From positions 11,284,001 through 11,348,000 of the forward strand of contig JAQFVV010000003.1 in the NCBI GenBank assembly GCA_028023455.1: DNA of 64,000 bases, in the 5' to 3' direction. The notes beneath the pieces are model-generated. The model saw only the letters and a program-made list of their open reading frames with translations, had not been told where the DNA came from and made no database searches. This DNA comes from Epiperipatus broadwayi. Lineage: Eukaryota; Animalia; Onychophora. The translations under genes and the position numbers were made by a program. Of the stretch, positions 23,701 to 38,244 are shown one piece after another; the stretch's first letter is position 1; each line of letters starts with the position of its first letter.

Positions 23701-26700
23701 AAGTTCTTATCCCTATTTTGTTAAAAGTTAACAAATGTCTAGACTTATAGCACATCTATGAAATTAACTTGTAACTGAAATATATATAATATGATTGATG
23801 GATCTGTTTATTTTATGTTAAATAAAAATTAATTCCTAAATTTCCAGAAGATAGCATTAAAATTTTCTCCTAGTATATATATATATATAATTAATTAGTC
23901 AATTATTCAGAAGAACATGAGGTGTTTTGAGCATCTAAGCGTTAGGTTGAACAAAGTGACCATGCTATGACTTTTTTAATTTTATTCATCTAGGAATTAA
24001 TCCAAGAATCTTACCTCTTGCATTTGATCTACTACTTTGTTAAAATATAGAGGGTATACTTTTGAATCATCTGAATCAATAAGATCTTGTAAAATTAATT
24101 AAAATTATCTTTTGCACATTTGTAAAAAGACTTCAAGATCTGTTTTAATTGACATTTTGTCAATAATGGTATCAACATTATTACCATTAACAATATTTGC
24201 TTTTCCTCCAGAATATATATCATTTCTTTTTTTTAACAAGACTAGCCAATAGAACATGCCGTAATTGGACCAAATGTGTTGTTTATTTTTTAAATAAAAT
24301 ATTTCATTGTTAAAATTATGAAACAGTGAAATTCAGCTCCTTTGTAATAAATATATGATTTTAAAATTTGCCATCACTGACTATAAAATTATAAAAATAA
24401 AATACATGCATAAAAAAATTAATATATATATATATGGAGAATGCTAAGGTTTTTGTGGTATTTAAAAAGTTTTGTGTTAAAGGCTATGAACTTTGGTAAA
24501 TTATTATTGATAATGATCAAGCATTAGCAGTATTGATCATACATAGTCTCTTGCTGCATAATTGCAATAAGTTTCTTCATGCAAAAATCTTAACACCTTT
24601 GTACACATGCATATATAGTAACTATTGTATGTATTGATTATATAGATAAATTATTAATTTATTAGAGGCTGTATTCCCACATATATTTAAATTTTTAGCT
24701 AAAAGGCAGGACAACACCAGAGTAGTTATTATTGATTAAATGATAATATTATAATAATGATTTTTTAATATTTAAATATAAATTAATTTTAATAAATTTA
24801 AAACAAAAAAAGGAAACAAAAAATATTTAAATATATAATAAAATTAGGAGGATGTTCTCTCACTTTTCATAACTGCAATATTTTGTTATTTTAGCAACAT
24901 TTATAATTCATTGAAATAACATTTTTAATTTAAACTTGAATACAGAAAATACATATAGTATGGTAAACAAATTAATATACACATAAATATTAAACAAAAC
25001 ACATTTAAATATTATGCCTCTCACAATTGACAACTGAAAATTTATTATAATAATAACAGCAACCTTTAAAAAATTTTCAATATATATATATATTAATCTG
25101 TCATTTCGTATGGATCATTATAGGATATTAATATTTTGAAAGCAATGCCATTCTCTTAAGATTCACACACACAACCAAAGCACTATACAAGATTTATTCA
25201 TTGTGTATTTGAAAACAAATTTAGATAATGTACAATAATAAAGTGCATTATAATAAATATAAAAGTTGAATTATTTATTGACTACTGCAATACAGCAATC
25301 TGTAATAGAATTTCTGACACACTGAAAGCAGAGGATTCATCATGAATGTAAACAGTGTCCACGTCAATAAAATACAAATTTTATTGAGACAATAATTATA
25401 AATAAAGTTTCACTATATACAAAATTAACTTCTGCATGGCCATATAATTTAACTAAATCAAGATTAACTTGGCAAAAAATTTAGTATATACAGTCTTTAG
25501 TTGAAAATAAATTTGTTACAAAATAAAATTATTTTTTAGTATAATTATTATTAAAATTAATTTTAAATATAATAAAGTAACAAAAAATATTAAAAGTTAT
25601 AAATTTATTTAAAAAATTAAAAAGTAAAGATTACTTTTTACATTATCTAGAATAACACTGGGTTTTTTTCTTTGATTCCCATGACATAAGTTTAATTACT
25701 TCTAAAAACATGACATAATTATAAAAATAAAATATATTTTATATTTATTATTTAAATTTTTTTTAAACATAATTAAAATTATATCAAGAATATTTTTGAT
25801 TTAAAAATGTAATGCGAATAAATGACACTATTTTGAGCATCTTGGTTTCAGCAAGTTTTACACCATAAAAGTTTCTTAGCTGTTTAAAAATTCCTGATAT
25901 TTAAGAAAAAAGACAAAAACTAAAATACTGATTTATTAGCATTCTACTGGAACTATTCAGTACAAAATTACAACATGATTACAAGTATAAAGAACATTCA
26001 AACACCACCATGAATATTTATAGTGTTAATAAAAATATAACTGATGATTCCTATTCAAGATAGCATAGAATTGATCCAAAATAGTTAAGATGCAACTAAA
26101 ATCAAATTGAAAAGTATGTATATTACTTAAAATACAATTTTTATTTAACTAATTTGTCTTTAATGATGTTATATTAATAAAAATGACAAACATCAAAAGC
26201 ATCAATAATATTGGATCTCATTTTTATTTAATTAAGACAGTATTCTATATATATAAGTAGACTGCTGTTTTTCTAAATGTTTTTTAAACAGTGCTGAATA
26301 AATGTTTAGAAGTTTTATACATTTGGTAATTACAAAAACACACAAAAAAAAAAAACCTTTTTTTTTTTAAATTTAATTAATCTTTTATTATTATTCATTA
26401 CAGGACAAATCATATCAACAATAATAAAAAAAGGGTTTTAAACATTATAAAATATAATAAATGATTAAACAAATTGTATACATTTATACAGTATTTATAA
26501 TATTTTTTAAATTTAAATAAATTCAATACATTAAAAAATAATCCTAATAAGCTTATAATAACATAAAGTTTACTAAAAATGAATTTTAAAATGTACATTA
26601 TATTAATGTATCTTTTGTATATGCTTCATTTTAATTTAATGAATAAAATACTAAATAAAATATTAAAATAAAATATTAAACTGAATCAATATAGTTATTC

Positions 26701-26777
26701 CCAAATGGTGACTATAAAATTATCATTAAAAAAAGATCACACAAATAAAATATACTTTTTTTTTTTTAAGTGTCATA

Positions 26778-26858
26778 GCATCGTCCGGGACGCAAACCTG
26801 AAACCCGGGCAACTGCCTGCAAGTGCAAGGCAGTCGCGCTGATCTCTTGACCACCAAA
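26778..26858 (-). pseudogene. tRNA-derived SINE-like head (divergent)
   Basis: TGGTGGTCAAGAGATCAGCGCGACTGCCTTGCACTTGCAGGCAGTTGCCCGGGTTTCAGGTTTGCGTCCCGGACGATGC followed by TATGACACTT and an A-run. The tail resembles those of the two Gly copies. Confidence 0.5.
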
Positions 26859-26889
26859 TATACTTATTGTATATTATTTTTTAAATACA

Positions 26890-27170
26890 GGCTAGCCTTT
26901 TTTTGTTATTGTTGTTATCATTGTTATTTGTGATTGTGTTTGTACTAATGATGGTTGTTGTTGTGTTTGTGAATGTTGTAATGATAATTGTTGTTGTTGT
27001 GGTTGCTATTATTGTGGTGGTGGTAGTTGTTGTTTTATGGTTGTTATTGCAGTTGTGGTAGTGGTTAATGCTGTGGTGGTGATTGTTGCTTTTGTGGTTG
27101 TTATTATTATTATTGTTATGCTCAATGAATGCTTTTGTGGTTATTATTATTATTGTTATGCTCAATGAAT
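26890..27170. repeat. (TTG/TTA/GTG)n low-complexity trinucleotide tract
   Basis: Direct reading. It includes a short duplication of ttgttatgctcaatgaat. Confidence 0.85.
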
Positions 27171-27710
27171 TTCTTGTATAAAAAATCATCTTAAACCAGT
27201 CTAGTCAATTACACCAAGGAAGCAAAAACCAGAAAAATTCTCAGCAACTTTTAGCCTGGACGATTATCAAATTGAAAGTGTAAATCAATTTAAATATTAT
27301 TAGTTATATAAATAAACAGCTAGACTTAGATATGGTGACATAATGTAGGAACCAAATGGCTGTTGCTGCTTTTGATAAGATAAAGATTATTTCATCACAA
27401 AAAAATAACTATTGCAACTAAGTTAGGTATGTACAGAACTGTTATTTTTCCTGATTTACTGTATGATGGTGAGACTTGGATATCCTATCAATGAAATGTA
27501 TAGACATTAGAAAAGTTCCATTTAAGGATACTCAATAAAATTCTAAAAATACAATAGCAAGATAATAAAACCAATGAATATGTTTTTCAATTTGCTGGGT
27601 GTGATATTACAAAGTCCGCTGTTGTAAAATCACATCTTCATTGTATTGGGCATATAAAACAAAAACGGAAAACTTCCTAAAAGATATTTATAGTGAAATT
27701 GAGCTTTTGA

Positions 27711-27753
27711 GTGTGTGTGTGTGTGTGAGGGAGGGAGGGAGGGAGGGAGGAGG

Positions 27754-27835
<82 letters not shown>
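27711..27835. repeat. Compound microsatellite (GT)n(GAGG)n(GA)n
   Basis: Direct reading. Confidence 0.95.
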
Positions 27836-27837
<2 letters not shown>

Positions 27838-28199
27838 ATTATCTTAAAGACATTATAAAGAAGAGCAATATTATTGTTTTCTTTGGGAAAATATAGTGGA
27901 AAATAGATTACACTGTGAAGTATTTTTAAAAAAATGTTTTCTGTTTATAAAATAAAAGATAGCATCACAAAATATCAAACAATCAAAAAAAAAGAGAACC
28001 ATCATAGTCTATATGTGGATATATTTGTGATTCATAGATTGGTTTGTATAGTCATTACAAAACTCATTTCTGGAATTTTTTTTTTCTCTTTTTTTTCCCC
28101 TTGGAGTTAAAAGAGCCATACTTATTTATGAATGGCTGATGTATTAATGTTTGTATATTAATTCTATAAATACTTTTACCTCTTTTTCTGTATTAATTG

Positions 28200-29755
28200 T
28201 AATAAATATAATAAATGTTTGAACATTTAAAAACAGAAAAGGCTTTCATTGCTTTAAATATGTTTATTCTAGTTTAGCACTTTCAATACTTCCAGTATTA
28301 TAATCATAGCTTTATGAATTAATTTAGATAAAATCAAATATTATCTGTATTTCTTTATTGTTTGTCAGATTTGCATAAAAGGGATTTTTTTTTATTTTAT
28401 ATTCAAATCTATGTAAAAGAAGTTAGAAAGACCATTTTTTAATACCTGTTTTTGGCTATAGTCCATGACTCTCTAATCTTTTTCTTTCTGTCATCTATCT
28501 CTGTGTATACAATATCTGTTTTATAGAGATCAAATTTGTAACCTCACTGCAGCTCATTCTCTAAAAAGATTGAGAAGTATTCATTGATACTTTTTGCACT
28601 GTTGTATAAATGGTTGTGTCAGGCCAGTCTTGTGGACAGGTTTGCCCTAGTTTCCTCATATACATTTGAGTAATTAGTATTTTTGCACATGATTTTATAT
28701 ACTACTTGGTGTGCAGCCACCCTAGTTATCCTATTTTTAAAGTTGTTCAGCAGATTATTTAATGAAGGAGGTGATCAGACATATGTTATATTTGTTGGCA
28801 CATATGTTCCTTAATTTCTGCATGACCCTTGGCACATATGGGAGGTTAGTCCATTTTTTTCTCATCAGAGTGGGATTGTATTGAGTTCCTAAATTTACTA
28901 TAGTTTTTTATTGTAGTATTAATTTTTTTTTAAATTATACCCAGTCTTTATTAGATCTTTAGTGTATGTATCTATATTATTTCTCCAATCTAATAAAGAT
29001 CTAATAAAGACTGGATACAATTTCAAGAAAATTAATGCTTCAATAAAAAAATTCTACAGCAATTTTAAGAACCCAGTACAACCCTGTGCCAATGGAAAAA
29101 AAATACTATCCTTCCATACATGTCAAGGGTCATGCAAAAATTAAGAAACATATGTGCTGACAAATATAACATAAGTTTCCAGTCACTTTCTTCATTAAAT
29201 AAGCTGCTGAACAACTTTAAAGATAACCAGGATAGTTGCATACCAAATAGTATATAAATCATGTGTAAAAATACTAATTCCTCAAATGCACATTATGGGA
29301 AACTAGGTTGAACAAGTCCACAAGACTGGCTCAATAGCACTATTTATACAACAGGGCAAAAAGAAGCAGTTAATACTCGATTTTCTTAGAACATGAACTG
29401 CAGTCAGGCCACAAATTTGATTTCTCTAAAGCAGACATTATATGCATTGAAGACACGAAAAGAGAAAGGTTAAAGAGGTATGAACTATAGCCAAAAATAA
29501 ATACACATTAAATAAAAAAGCTGGCATCCCTCTATCTAATAAAGATTTGAATATTAAAAAAAAAAGAAAATTCAATTTTATGTAAATCTGACAAACAATA
29601 AACGAATACAGATATTAGATTTTAGATAAATTAATTCATAAAGCTATAGTTATGATACTGGACATATCAAAAGTACCAAACTAGAATAAAGATATTTAAA
29701 CCAATAAAAGCCTTTTCTGTTTTTAAATATTCGAACATTTATTATGTTTGTATAT
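28200..29755. mobile_element. Inverted pair of Penelope-like 3' fragments (GIY-YIG domain plus terminal repeat)
   Basis: 28200-28810 is a diverged reverse complement of ~29130-29755. The plus-strand arm encodes ILP..ICADKYNISFQSLSSLNKLLNNFKDN, VYKSCV.., TRLAQ.., EHELQSGHKFDFSK. Both arms end in a relic hammerhead (28272-28312 on minus, 29641-29683 on plus). Confidence 0.75.
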
Positions 29756-30299
29756 TAGTATTAACTAAAATGTTTATTCATTTTTTTTTTCAATTTTAAG
29801 CTTTTTTAAAAATTAGATATATAATGTTCCATATAGATATTTTAAATCTGTGGGACTTAAATGTTTTGTCTTTGAAAACCAATATAATTGCTTGTTTATG
29901 TAAAGGTTTGTGTTGAAAACATTTTAATAGTATTTACATGCTGGACTATTCCCATTATGTAATATTAAATATCTTTAAAACTTCAACTATTAATAATAAT
30001 ACACAGGTTAGTATATGAATCAATGTTTTGAGTAGTATTATTCTCTTCTCTTCTTCATGTATTGCTGGTCTAACTAGGGACAGTACTAACAGGAAATGAA
30101 CCTGGATTTTTAGATTTACATATATAGAATTTAGGTGATGCTTTAACCAATTAAACTATTCTCCCAAAAGCAATAGTCTGAAAAATTCCATACATTTATT
30201 TATGAGGACTCCTAATTTCTCCACTTTTTCTTAAAAGCAAGATTAGTGGTTTCCAGACATTATATATTACCACAATAGAATGTCGTATCTTGTTATTTG

Positions 30300-32310
30300 T
30301 TATTGTCATGTAAACAGTTTCTTTGAATTTTCTTCTTTGTACTTTTTCATCTCTATCATAATTCTAACAAATACAGAAATTTCTATTCTAAAAAAGTATT
30401 AAACTTTTCCATCATACCATCCAACATCCCTTTATTAGATATAATGACAGCCATTGAGGAAATCACTCAAAAACTGCCTCTAGAAAAAGCAACAGAATTA
30501 CACTGGAAAATAAAAAGAACACTTAAAAAAACACTGAAAACTAAAATCAAACATTTCCTGTAATTAGAGGAAAGCTATTATTCTTTCAAACTAGACAAAT
30601 CTATAACCATTCTCAACACAATGGTACAATTGTAATAGATACAACTGATTATGATGACAAAATACAAGATATCCTTACAGCAGGCCAATACAAAATAAGT
30701 GGCAAAAAATCCAATATCAAGTACAGCAGGGGTCTCCAACCCTATACCCGTGGGCACCATGATGCCCGCAGACCATTTTACATGTTCCCACCGGTATCCG
30801 AACATGATAAAAAACTATTTATCTGATACAAATAAATTTAATTTTTAAAATTTCTTATAAATTATTGTATTATACTGTAATTAAATTGTAGGGCATACTA
30901 TACTTTTACAGCGTAAAAATATAAACATTAATTATATGTTAAAATTTTATTTTTGAAATAAATATTTTTTTGTACATTATGTGTATTATTAACAATATCT
31001 AACTATAAATTTACATTGAAAATATAAATGGTGCTCGCCACCTGGTTGAAAAAATAAATGGTGCCCGCCACTTGGCCAGTATTATAGAATGTGCTCCTAA
31101 GTGCAAAAAGGTTGGGGACCCCTGAAGTACAGAAACAAAATTGCAAGCATTACTCAGAAAGCATTGAAAATACTTTACTGAATCACAAAAAAAAAATAAT
31201 AACACTGTATTTTAACAAAATTCCTCATTTTTAGGATCTACATATAAAATACACAAGGACTAAGTTTCATTAAGAACTATTGGTTGTTATAGAAATTCAC
31301 TTTGTCAAAACTACTTCTTAGTCTTTTGAAATACAAAACATAGTTCCTTTGTCAGAGATTCTAAGAAATTTGTAAAAATTAATCACTAACTTTAAAATTG
31401 AAAGAACTGAAATACAGGTAAACTTTGATGTGGAAAATTTATTCACAAATAAATCCTGTGATAAAGAATTGTCTACTGTAAAGAAACAATTAAATGACAA
31501 TAATAGCTTACAAACCAGAACAAATCTTCCTACTGATAGTATAATGGAATTATTAACATTATACTTAACAAAAACATATTTCCTATACTTCACAGAATTC
31601 ATTCAACAAAATCAAGGAATGACTATGAGATCATCATTATCACTTCTGATTAGCAACATTTTCATGGAAGAATTTGAAAACATAGCCATAAATACTATTC
31701 CATATCCATGTAAAGTTTGGCTTGCTATGATGTTGATACATTTATTGTATGGGTGCATGGTAAAGTACATATCAGCAATGTATTCTCTTCAATTAAATTC
31801 ACAATAGAATCAGAATAAGAACAAAAGTTGGGATTCTTCAATGTTCTTGTGATAAAACTCCCTTATGGCAAAATCAAAACAATAGTTTACAGAAAACCCA
31901 TACACATAGAAAAACACTTAGCACATGCATCAAATCACACCAAAAACACAAAGCATATAGTTATGCCATCATTATGGAACAGAGTAAAAAAATTTTGGTC
32001 ACAAACCAATGATTTCGAGAAAGAAATCTATGTAGAATAAACTCTCATAAATAATCATTATCAATTAGCTGTCATTAAGAAAACCTTAAATAGACAACTA
32101 AAAAAAATAATTAAATTAAAAATTGATTATTGATACTGTACTGTATCCATACACACCAGAAATAGCAGAAAAACTAAAAAAAATCTACAATCAATATAAC
32201 ATAAGTACAGCTTTCCGAGTCATATCAGATTACATGGAATTCTGACATCTACAAAATTCTAATCTTGAAATACTGAAAAACAAAAACTGCTTTTATGAAA
32301 TACCATGGGT
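30300..32310 (+). mobile_element. Penelope-like reverse transcriptase pseudogene interrupted by a MITE
   Basis: Remnant motifs DKSITIL..DY..KIQDIL, IPHF..LHKIHK, FDVENLFTN, GMTMRSSLSLLISNIFMEEFE, IKFTIESE, FFNVLV, VYRKPIHIEKHLAHASNH and FYEIP are all in PLE order. Confidence 0.85.
30727..31124. mobile_element. hAT-family MITE (398 bp)
   Basis: TIRs CAGGGGTCTCCAACC / GGTTGGGGACCCCTG (14/15) and a perfect 8-bp TSD AAGTACAG at 30719-30726 and 31125-31132. Confidence 0.92.
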
Positions 32311-32466
32311 AACCTCAGAAATATCACTCATATGGTGTTAAATCATGAAGTTCTGGTGAATGAGTTGGAGCTTGGTTCAGATATTGGATCTTACCATCCC
32401 ATTTAAATCATTTTTAGGGTATTGGACTCTGAATTTTGTTATGCAAAAGTACAAATTCATTCTCAA

Positions 32467-32880
32467 TATATTTTTATCTACCAATGCTTTTAACATTCTT
32501 AAGTTTTAATTGTAAATTAGATTTTAGCATTGTGTGAACTACAATCATCATATAATGCATTGGTCAAACTCATTCCTTGCTGTATATAAAAACAATTCAA
32601 CTGTTAGTAAAAAATTGAAAGTCAACAGAAATTCCACTCAAAAAGTAATGGGTTTGAATTATTCATTCTTCTTTTTTTATATTAATCAGACTGTAATTAA
32701 TTTAAATATAGATAATACATTATCAATTTATTTTTATCTTACAAATGCTTTTAACATTCTTAAGTTATAATTGTAAATTTCAGATTTTAGCATTAACATA
32801 TAATGCATTAGTTAAACTCATTCCTTGCCATATATAAAAACAATTCAACTGTTGGTAAAAAAAATTGAAAGTCACAATAA
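32467..32880 (+). repeat. About 260-bp partial tandem duplication downstream of the PLE RT
   Basis: The block atgcttttaacattcttaag...aaaaattgaaagtca occurs twice. No ribozyme core was found. Confidence 0.75.
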
Positions 32881-34691
32881 AAAAAAGTTTGAATAGTTTG
32901 TTCTTCTTTTTTTATGTTTAGCAAAATAATTGAGCTTTTTTTTTGTTTTGCAAAATAGCTTATATAAATGTACTTATTATTTTTACTACACTATTATATG
33001 TGCAACATGTTGAATTGGTTTTGCAAGGTAGAATATGTACATATTTTAGTGAATTTTTAAAATTGAATTTTAATTAAAGCTTTTGGAAGTTTTAGTGAAT
33101 TTTCCTTCAGAAGCACTTATGCCATTCAATACATGGATGCTTCATCCCTGACATACATGCATTACCCCTTCAATACAAATGAATTTTAAAAATATTAATA
33201 AGATGACAACAAAAATTATCTTTAAAATATATAAAATAATATAATTGTGAAAAAAAATAGTGTTTAGTAAAAATTTAAAAGGGAGGGCAACCACAAGACT
33301 TAATACACAAGACTAGGAAATAGTTGACTGAGATATAATTCACAACAATGCTCTTATAGATGGTTGTATTCACAAAAATTATAAATTCTATACCATTTAA
33401 TGTTTTTCAAAACTATGGATAATGAATTGGGAGTTAACAAAAAAAAATTGTATCCATTAAACTGAAAATGGCAGCATATACAGAATATTATTATCCTTAC
33501 TTGCAATATTTTTCATTTTAAACAAAAATAATTAATAATCAAAAAAATATTATTGTGAAGCTGGTATATGTACTGCATCAAAAAATGCAAATAAACAAAA
33601 AATAAAAACATTAAAATTTCGAAATTTAATACATTTTAAGATATAGCAACAACCATTAATTTATATAGGAGTGCAATATGTGATCACGTTCCTTAATAAC
33701 ATTACTTTGGATTACATTGAAAGCACATGTATTTTACTCTATCTTTTTTGTCCTTTGTTCAATGTAATACTATATTTTGTGTAATAAAAATGTTTTCTAA
33801 GAATAAAGTTTTAAAATTTTATGAAATTTTAAAAAAGTTGTAAAATATCTTAGCAGGTAAAAATAGCACTGTAAAACATTTTCATTATGCATTAAAACCT
33901 TAAATTTTGAAGAATTTATCTAAAAATATAAAATGGATAATGATAAATAGGGGGTGAGGATATAAATTCTGATAAAGATATGAACTCAAAAATATCAAAA
34001 CAATTGGGACAGTGTATATAATGTGCTGATAATTATATTGCTACAATATTTTCATAGAGAGAAGAGTAGATTTCTATAGCAAAGGATATTATCAAAAGTG
34101 CATTTAATTGCAATAAAAGTCGGATACTTCACTGTTCATTTTACCTAAAAATAAAGATATCACACAGTAAATTTTTTTAAATTCAGTGAGTGTAAATGAG
34201 TGAACACACCCTGTAAATATATAAATATATATGTACTTTCTTAATTTATTACTTATAATTTCAGTAATTATTTTTTTAAAAAATTATATTATAATTTTCA
34301 TTTATACATACATACACATAAAAAAGCATCTGAGTTATGTGAATATGTGCATGGTGAAATGTATGAGCTTTACAGTATAATAAAAAATGCATAATATAAT
34401 AAAAGCTTATCAAAAAATGTGAGACATTATTAATGTTATATGTTGCATGTGAAAGAATATTGGAACAAAATATAGTAGATATCATGATACCATTGTATTT
34501 TTAAATTCCTTTATGACTCCTGGACTATTACCGATAACAAACACCTGTTCTAATTAATCATTTGAAAAAAAGTTAGGAGCTTATAAAACATATTTTATGA
34601 TATTATTTATATTTATTTTCATAAATGCTACCTTATTATATCTTAGTGATTCATATACCATATTATAGGCAGAAATGAGATATAAAGTCAA

Positions 34692-34762
34692 GTGTTGGTG
34701 GCCTAGCAGTTAGCATATCTGCCTTCCAAGCAGCTGGCCTGGGTTCGCTTCCCAGTCAATGC
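34692..34762 (+). pseudogene. tRNA-Gly(TCC)-derived SINE-like copy
   Basis: GTGTTGGTGGCCTAGCAGTTAGCATATCTGCCTTCCAAGCAGCTGGCCTGGGTTCGCTTCCCAGTCAATGC plus TTTGACAT and an A-run. It shares derived changes with 5878-5949. Confidence 0.8.
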
Positions 34763-37299
34763 TTTGACATAAAAAAATATATATATAATGTGCATATAAA
34801 TGCAAACATTTTATTTTGCAAAAAGAGTTCTATTAAGATGATAAAATGTACAAAAAAAAAGAATATATCTGAGATAAACATTATAAAAAATTAAATTTAA
34901 AAAAAAAATTAATATGGAAGAAATCACTTCCAAAATCAAAAAAGCATCTCAACATTTCATTATTTCTTAAAATAATCTGTTGTAAATTTCACAACTGATA
35001 TATTTATAACCAAGCTACTGCCTCAAAGTTATAGATTTCTGATGTAAATATTATGTTGTAAAAATAATAGTATTACAAAATTTCAAAACAAAAAAATAGA
35101 TAACTAGAAACATTGTCATATAATCAGGAAATAATCATTTACAGTTTTGCTAGTTAGTGGAATCATTTACATTTTAAGAATTGCCAAATGCCTATCAATT
35201 TATAATGTTTTCCTCCAGCTTGGTGATAATGTAACATTTGAGAAGTTGTATTGCTGTATTCTTTTGGACCAATTATTACCCTGCATAAATGCATTGGAAT
35301 TGTAGGCAATTTTAATATTTGTTTGCTTGAAATCATAGATTTTAAAAATATTATTTTCTAAATTAATAATTCTGCAATATCACATGATCTCTTTAACAGC
35401 CAATTCAAATATTATTCAAGTTCTGAATGCCTTTTTCAAATATGAAGGAAAATATCAATATTCTCCACTAAAAGAAATGATAGGAGATATGATGACAAAT
35501 GGCATTCCTTAAATACAATCAGAAGTTATGAATGCTAGAAATAGTACCAAATGTGAACTGATCCAAAAATATTATACTTTAAAGTCTGACACATTACTGC
35601 TGCATTAAATCAATCAGATCAACAAAATGAAGCATTCCTTTCTCATATACCAAAAAATTTAATCTAATTTGTACTCCTTATTATTCAATTATTTCTCTAG
35701 TACTGGTTAATTTGCCTTTTTCTATCTAATTTTGATATAACTGTTTTATTATTTCCACTATCTTAATCTCATATTCCCTAATTTCATTCAAAGATCTAAA
35801 TAAAAAAATCACAAAATCTCTATCTCTCTCATTTTCTCTATCTTTAAATTTCTCCCTCTCTCCACAAAAATGATCCTCCTTTTCTTTCAACATTCTACAA
35901 TTCAAAAATAAGATATTCACTGTCTTCCTTTCCCATATAAACTGCATTTACAATTCGAACTTTTATTCCATTTTTTTCTTTTTCCTTAGTCTCTAAAATT
36001 CTTGCTTAGCACCAAAAAATAATAAGCCTAAATAAACAATGGTATATTGCCATAATATCTACATTCTAGAACAATTCAGGTTTCTGCCTTTGTAAGTATT
36101 TAGAATTCAAAGTTAGAACTAATGTACTGATGTATATTGATCACTCATATTTACAGTAGATGTCTTCAGATTAAGATAAAGAGAACTGCTCTTGGAAGCA
36201 TATGAGAAAAAACATGAAAAAGTTATTTGATATTGATGTTAGCATTCACCATCAAGAGTTCCAAAAAAAAATTGACTTTTTCTTGACACTGTTTAAATGT
36301 CATACATACAAATAGTACTTCTACATTTACCACTTTTGTATGATATATATTGAGCCAGATTGATTTCCGATTCAATGGTTTTATTACTAAAATTAAAAAG
36401 GGAAACAACTTCATTTTCATTAAATGTCTAATGCTCAATTTTTTTATTATTATTTAAAACACATATGCATTTATATTTTAAAATAGATTATTTAATGTTT
36501 ATAAAAGTGATTGTAAAATAGTTTACTTTCACAATCTGTTTTAATCAATTTGATTAAAAACAGGCAAGCTTGCTAATTATATATTCCTGTTGCTTTTATT
36601 TTTAATCATTTTTAAAGTTAATTCTAAAAGTCTAAAAGTGGAGATTTAGTTTTGCATTTGTCGTTTTTGTTTCAATTATCCCTGGTTGGAAGTCTTAAAT
36701 TAGATTGAGTGGGAAATTAATATTTGCCCTGCCTGGAATATAGAATGGACACTAATGAAAGTTTTGCATGGGAAATGTAGCGAGGCAACGATAGCCCACC
36801 AATTTTTGGAAGAGAGAAGAGATTCATTATTAGATACACACTTGGATTATGGCAGGCAAAGGGATACCATTGTGAGTAGCTGTTCAGACGTTTAATTCCT
36901 ACTAAAAACTTAAATAATTATTGACAAACTTCGTTGTTGTGCAAGATGTCAAAATCTACCGCTATGGGTTTTGCCATCATTAGAATGTCTTGCTAATTTA
37001 AACAAAGGACAGACCCATGCCTACCAGCTCTCCTTCAGTCATGCCATGAGCCTCTAAAATAAACACTGCCTCTACCTTGCCACTGTCAAAGGACCTGAAA
37101 AATGAACTATTGTCAAAAGTGCGCACTTGTCACTAAATCACCAGAACTCTGCCTTACCGTAAGGTAAACTTTTTCCTATTCTAGACAGGGTAAATAAATT
37201 TGTGTTTAATTAAATCTCCACTCAATCTAATGATAAATATGTTTTAAAATGGTATTAATTGTTTTTTTTAATTATTTATTATCTGTATGTACTCTTTTC

Positions 37300-38244
37300 T
37301 AGTATTTAAAGTGTGTCTTGGAATCTTAGTTTTAAGATTCCAAGTTTGTTTGCAATTTTCGTTTATCAGAGGGTGCATTAGGAGATTGTATTTTATATGT
37401 TTAATATATACCTGATTATTTCGTTAACTATTACAAAACGCATTGGCAGTTTTCGTAGCCTTTATTTATTCACCTGCCCTTAATTGTAAAATAAGGAATC
37501 TTTAAGCATGCTTCGTTTGTGCTTTTTGTGCAAACAACAAAATCTTTTTGCTGGCTATTTGTTAAGTTATTTCTTCGGGTTGTCTGAAAGTAGTCATTTC
37601 TTTCTGGATTACGTAAGATCGTAATCAAATATCTTTTGCTGTCTTGTAAGTAAGTTCAACCATGTTTACTTTGAATGTAGTATTACGTGCAGCAGTCCTG
37701 CGGCGGTTTAACAACAGTAATTAGAATATTACTGCTCGGACGTTCGCGCTGGTTACGTTGATTTCCGGCAGGACAGTAGCTGTTTTATTATCCCTGATTC
37801 AGGAAGCTAAAGTTGTTGTTTGTTTTGTAATTTTACAACTGGCCAGCAAGAAGATATTTTCCTAACCATTTCTTCTATTTTAAGTGAGATAATTTTCCTG
37901 CCAAAATGTTTTATGCTTTCATGTTTGTCGTACTCTTGTGCACTCTCTGGTAAATATACGTATGTTATCATAAGTCACTTTTATATTCGTGGCTAGATGT
38001 CTTTACTATATTGTCTAACTTATAAAATTAATAAATTGTTTAAATTTGGGCTGACGTTTGTGCTTTGATTTCTCAACTGTCTAAATAATATTTAAGATAT
38101 CTTGTTTCTCCCTGAGTGTAGTTTGGTGCCCTTTTGATTCACATATCCTATCCACCCTAAAATAAATGTCTAGTTCCTTTTTTCGGACTAGTGGCGCCCC
38201 CAGGGTCAGTATATGTGAATCTTAAGGATCTTTCTCCCGTTACA
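37300..38244 (-). mobile_element. Possible LTR / LTR-element fragment
   Basis: The minus strand starts TGTAACGGG next to an (AT)n tract, and the stretch is CpG-rich relative to its flanks. The far boundary was not identified. Confidence 0.3.

Noticed and set aside
26881-27189. Asn/Thr-rich 102-aa ORF
   Set aside because: It is the translation of a low-complexity trinucleotide tract.
27641-27847. ORF with an RE-repeat
   Set aside because: It is the translation of a (GA)n microsatellite.
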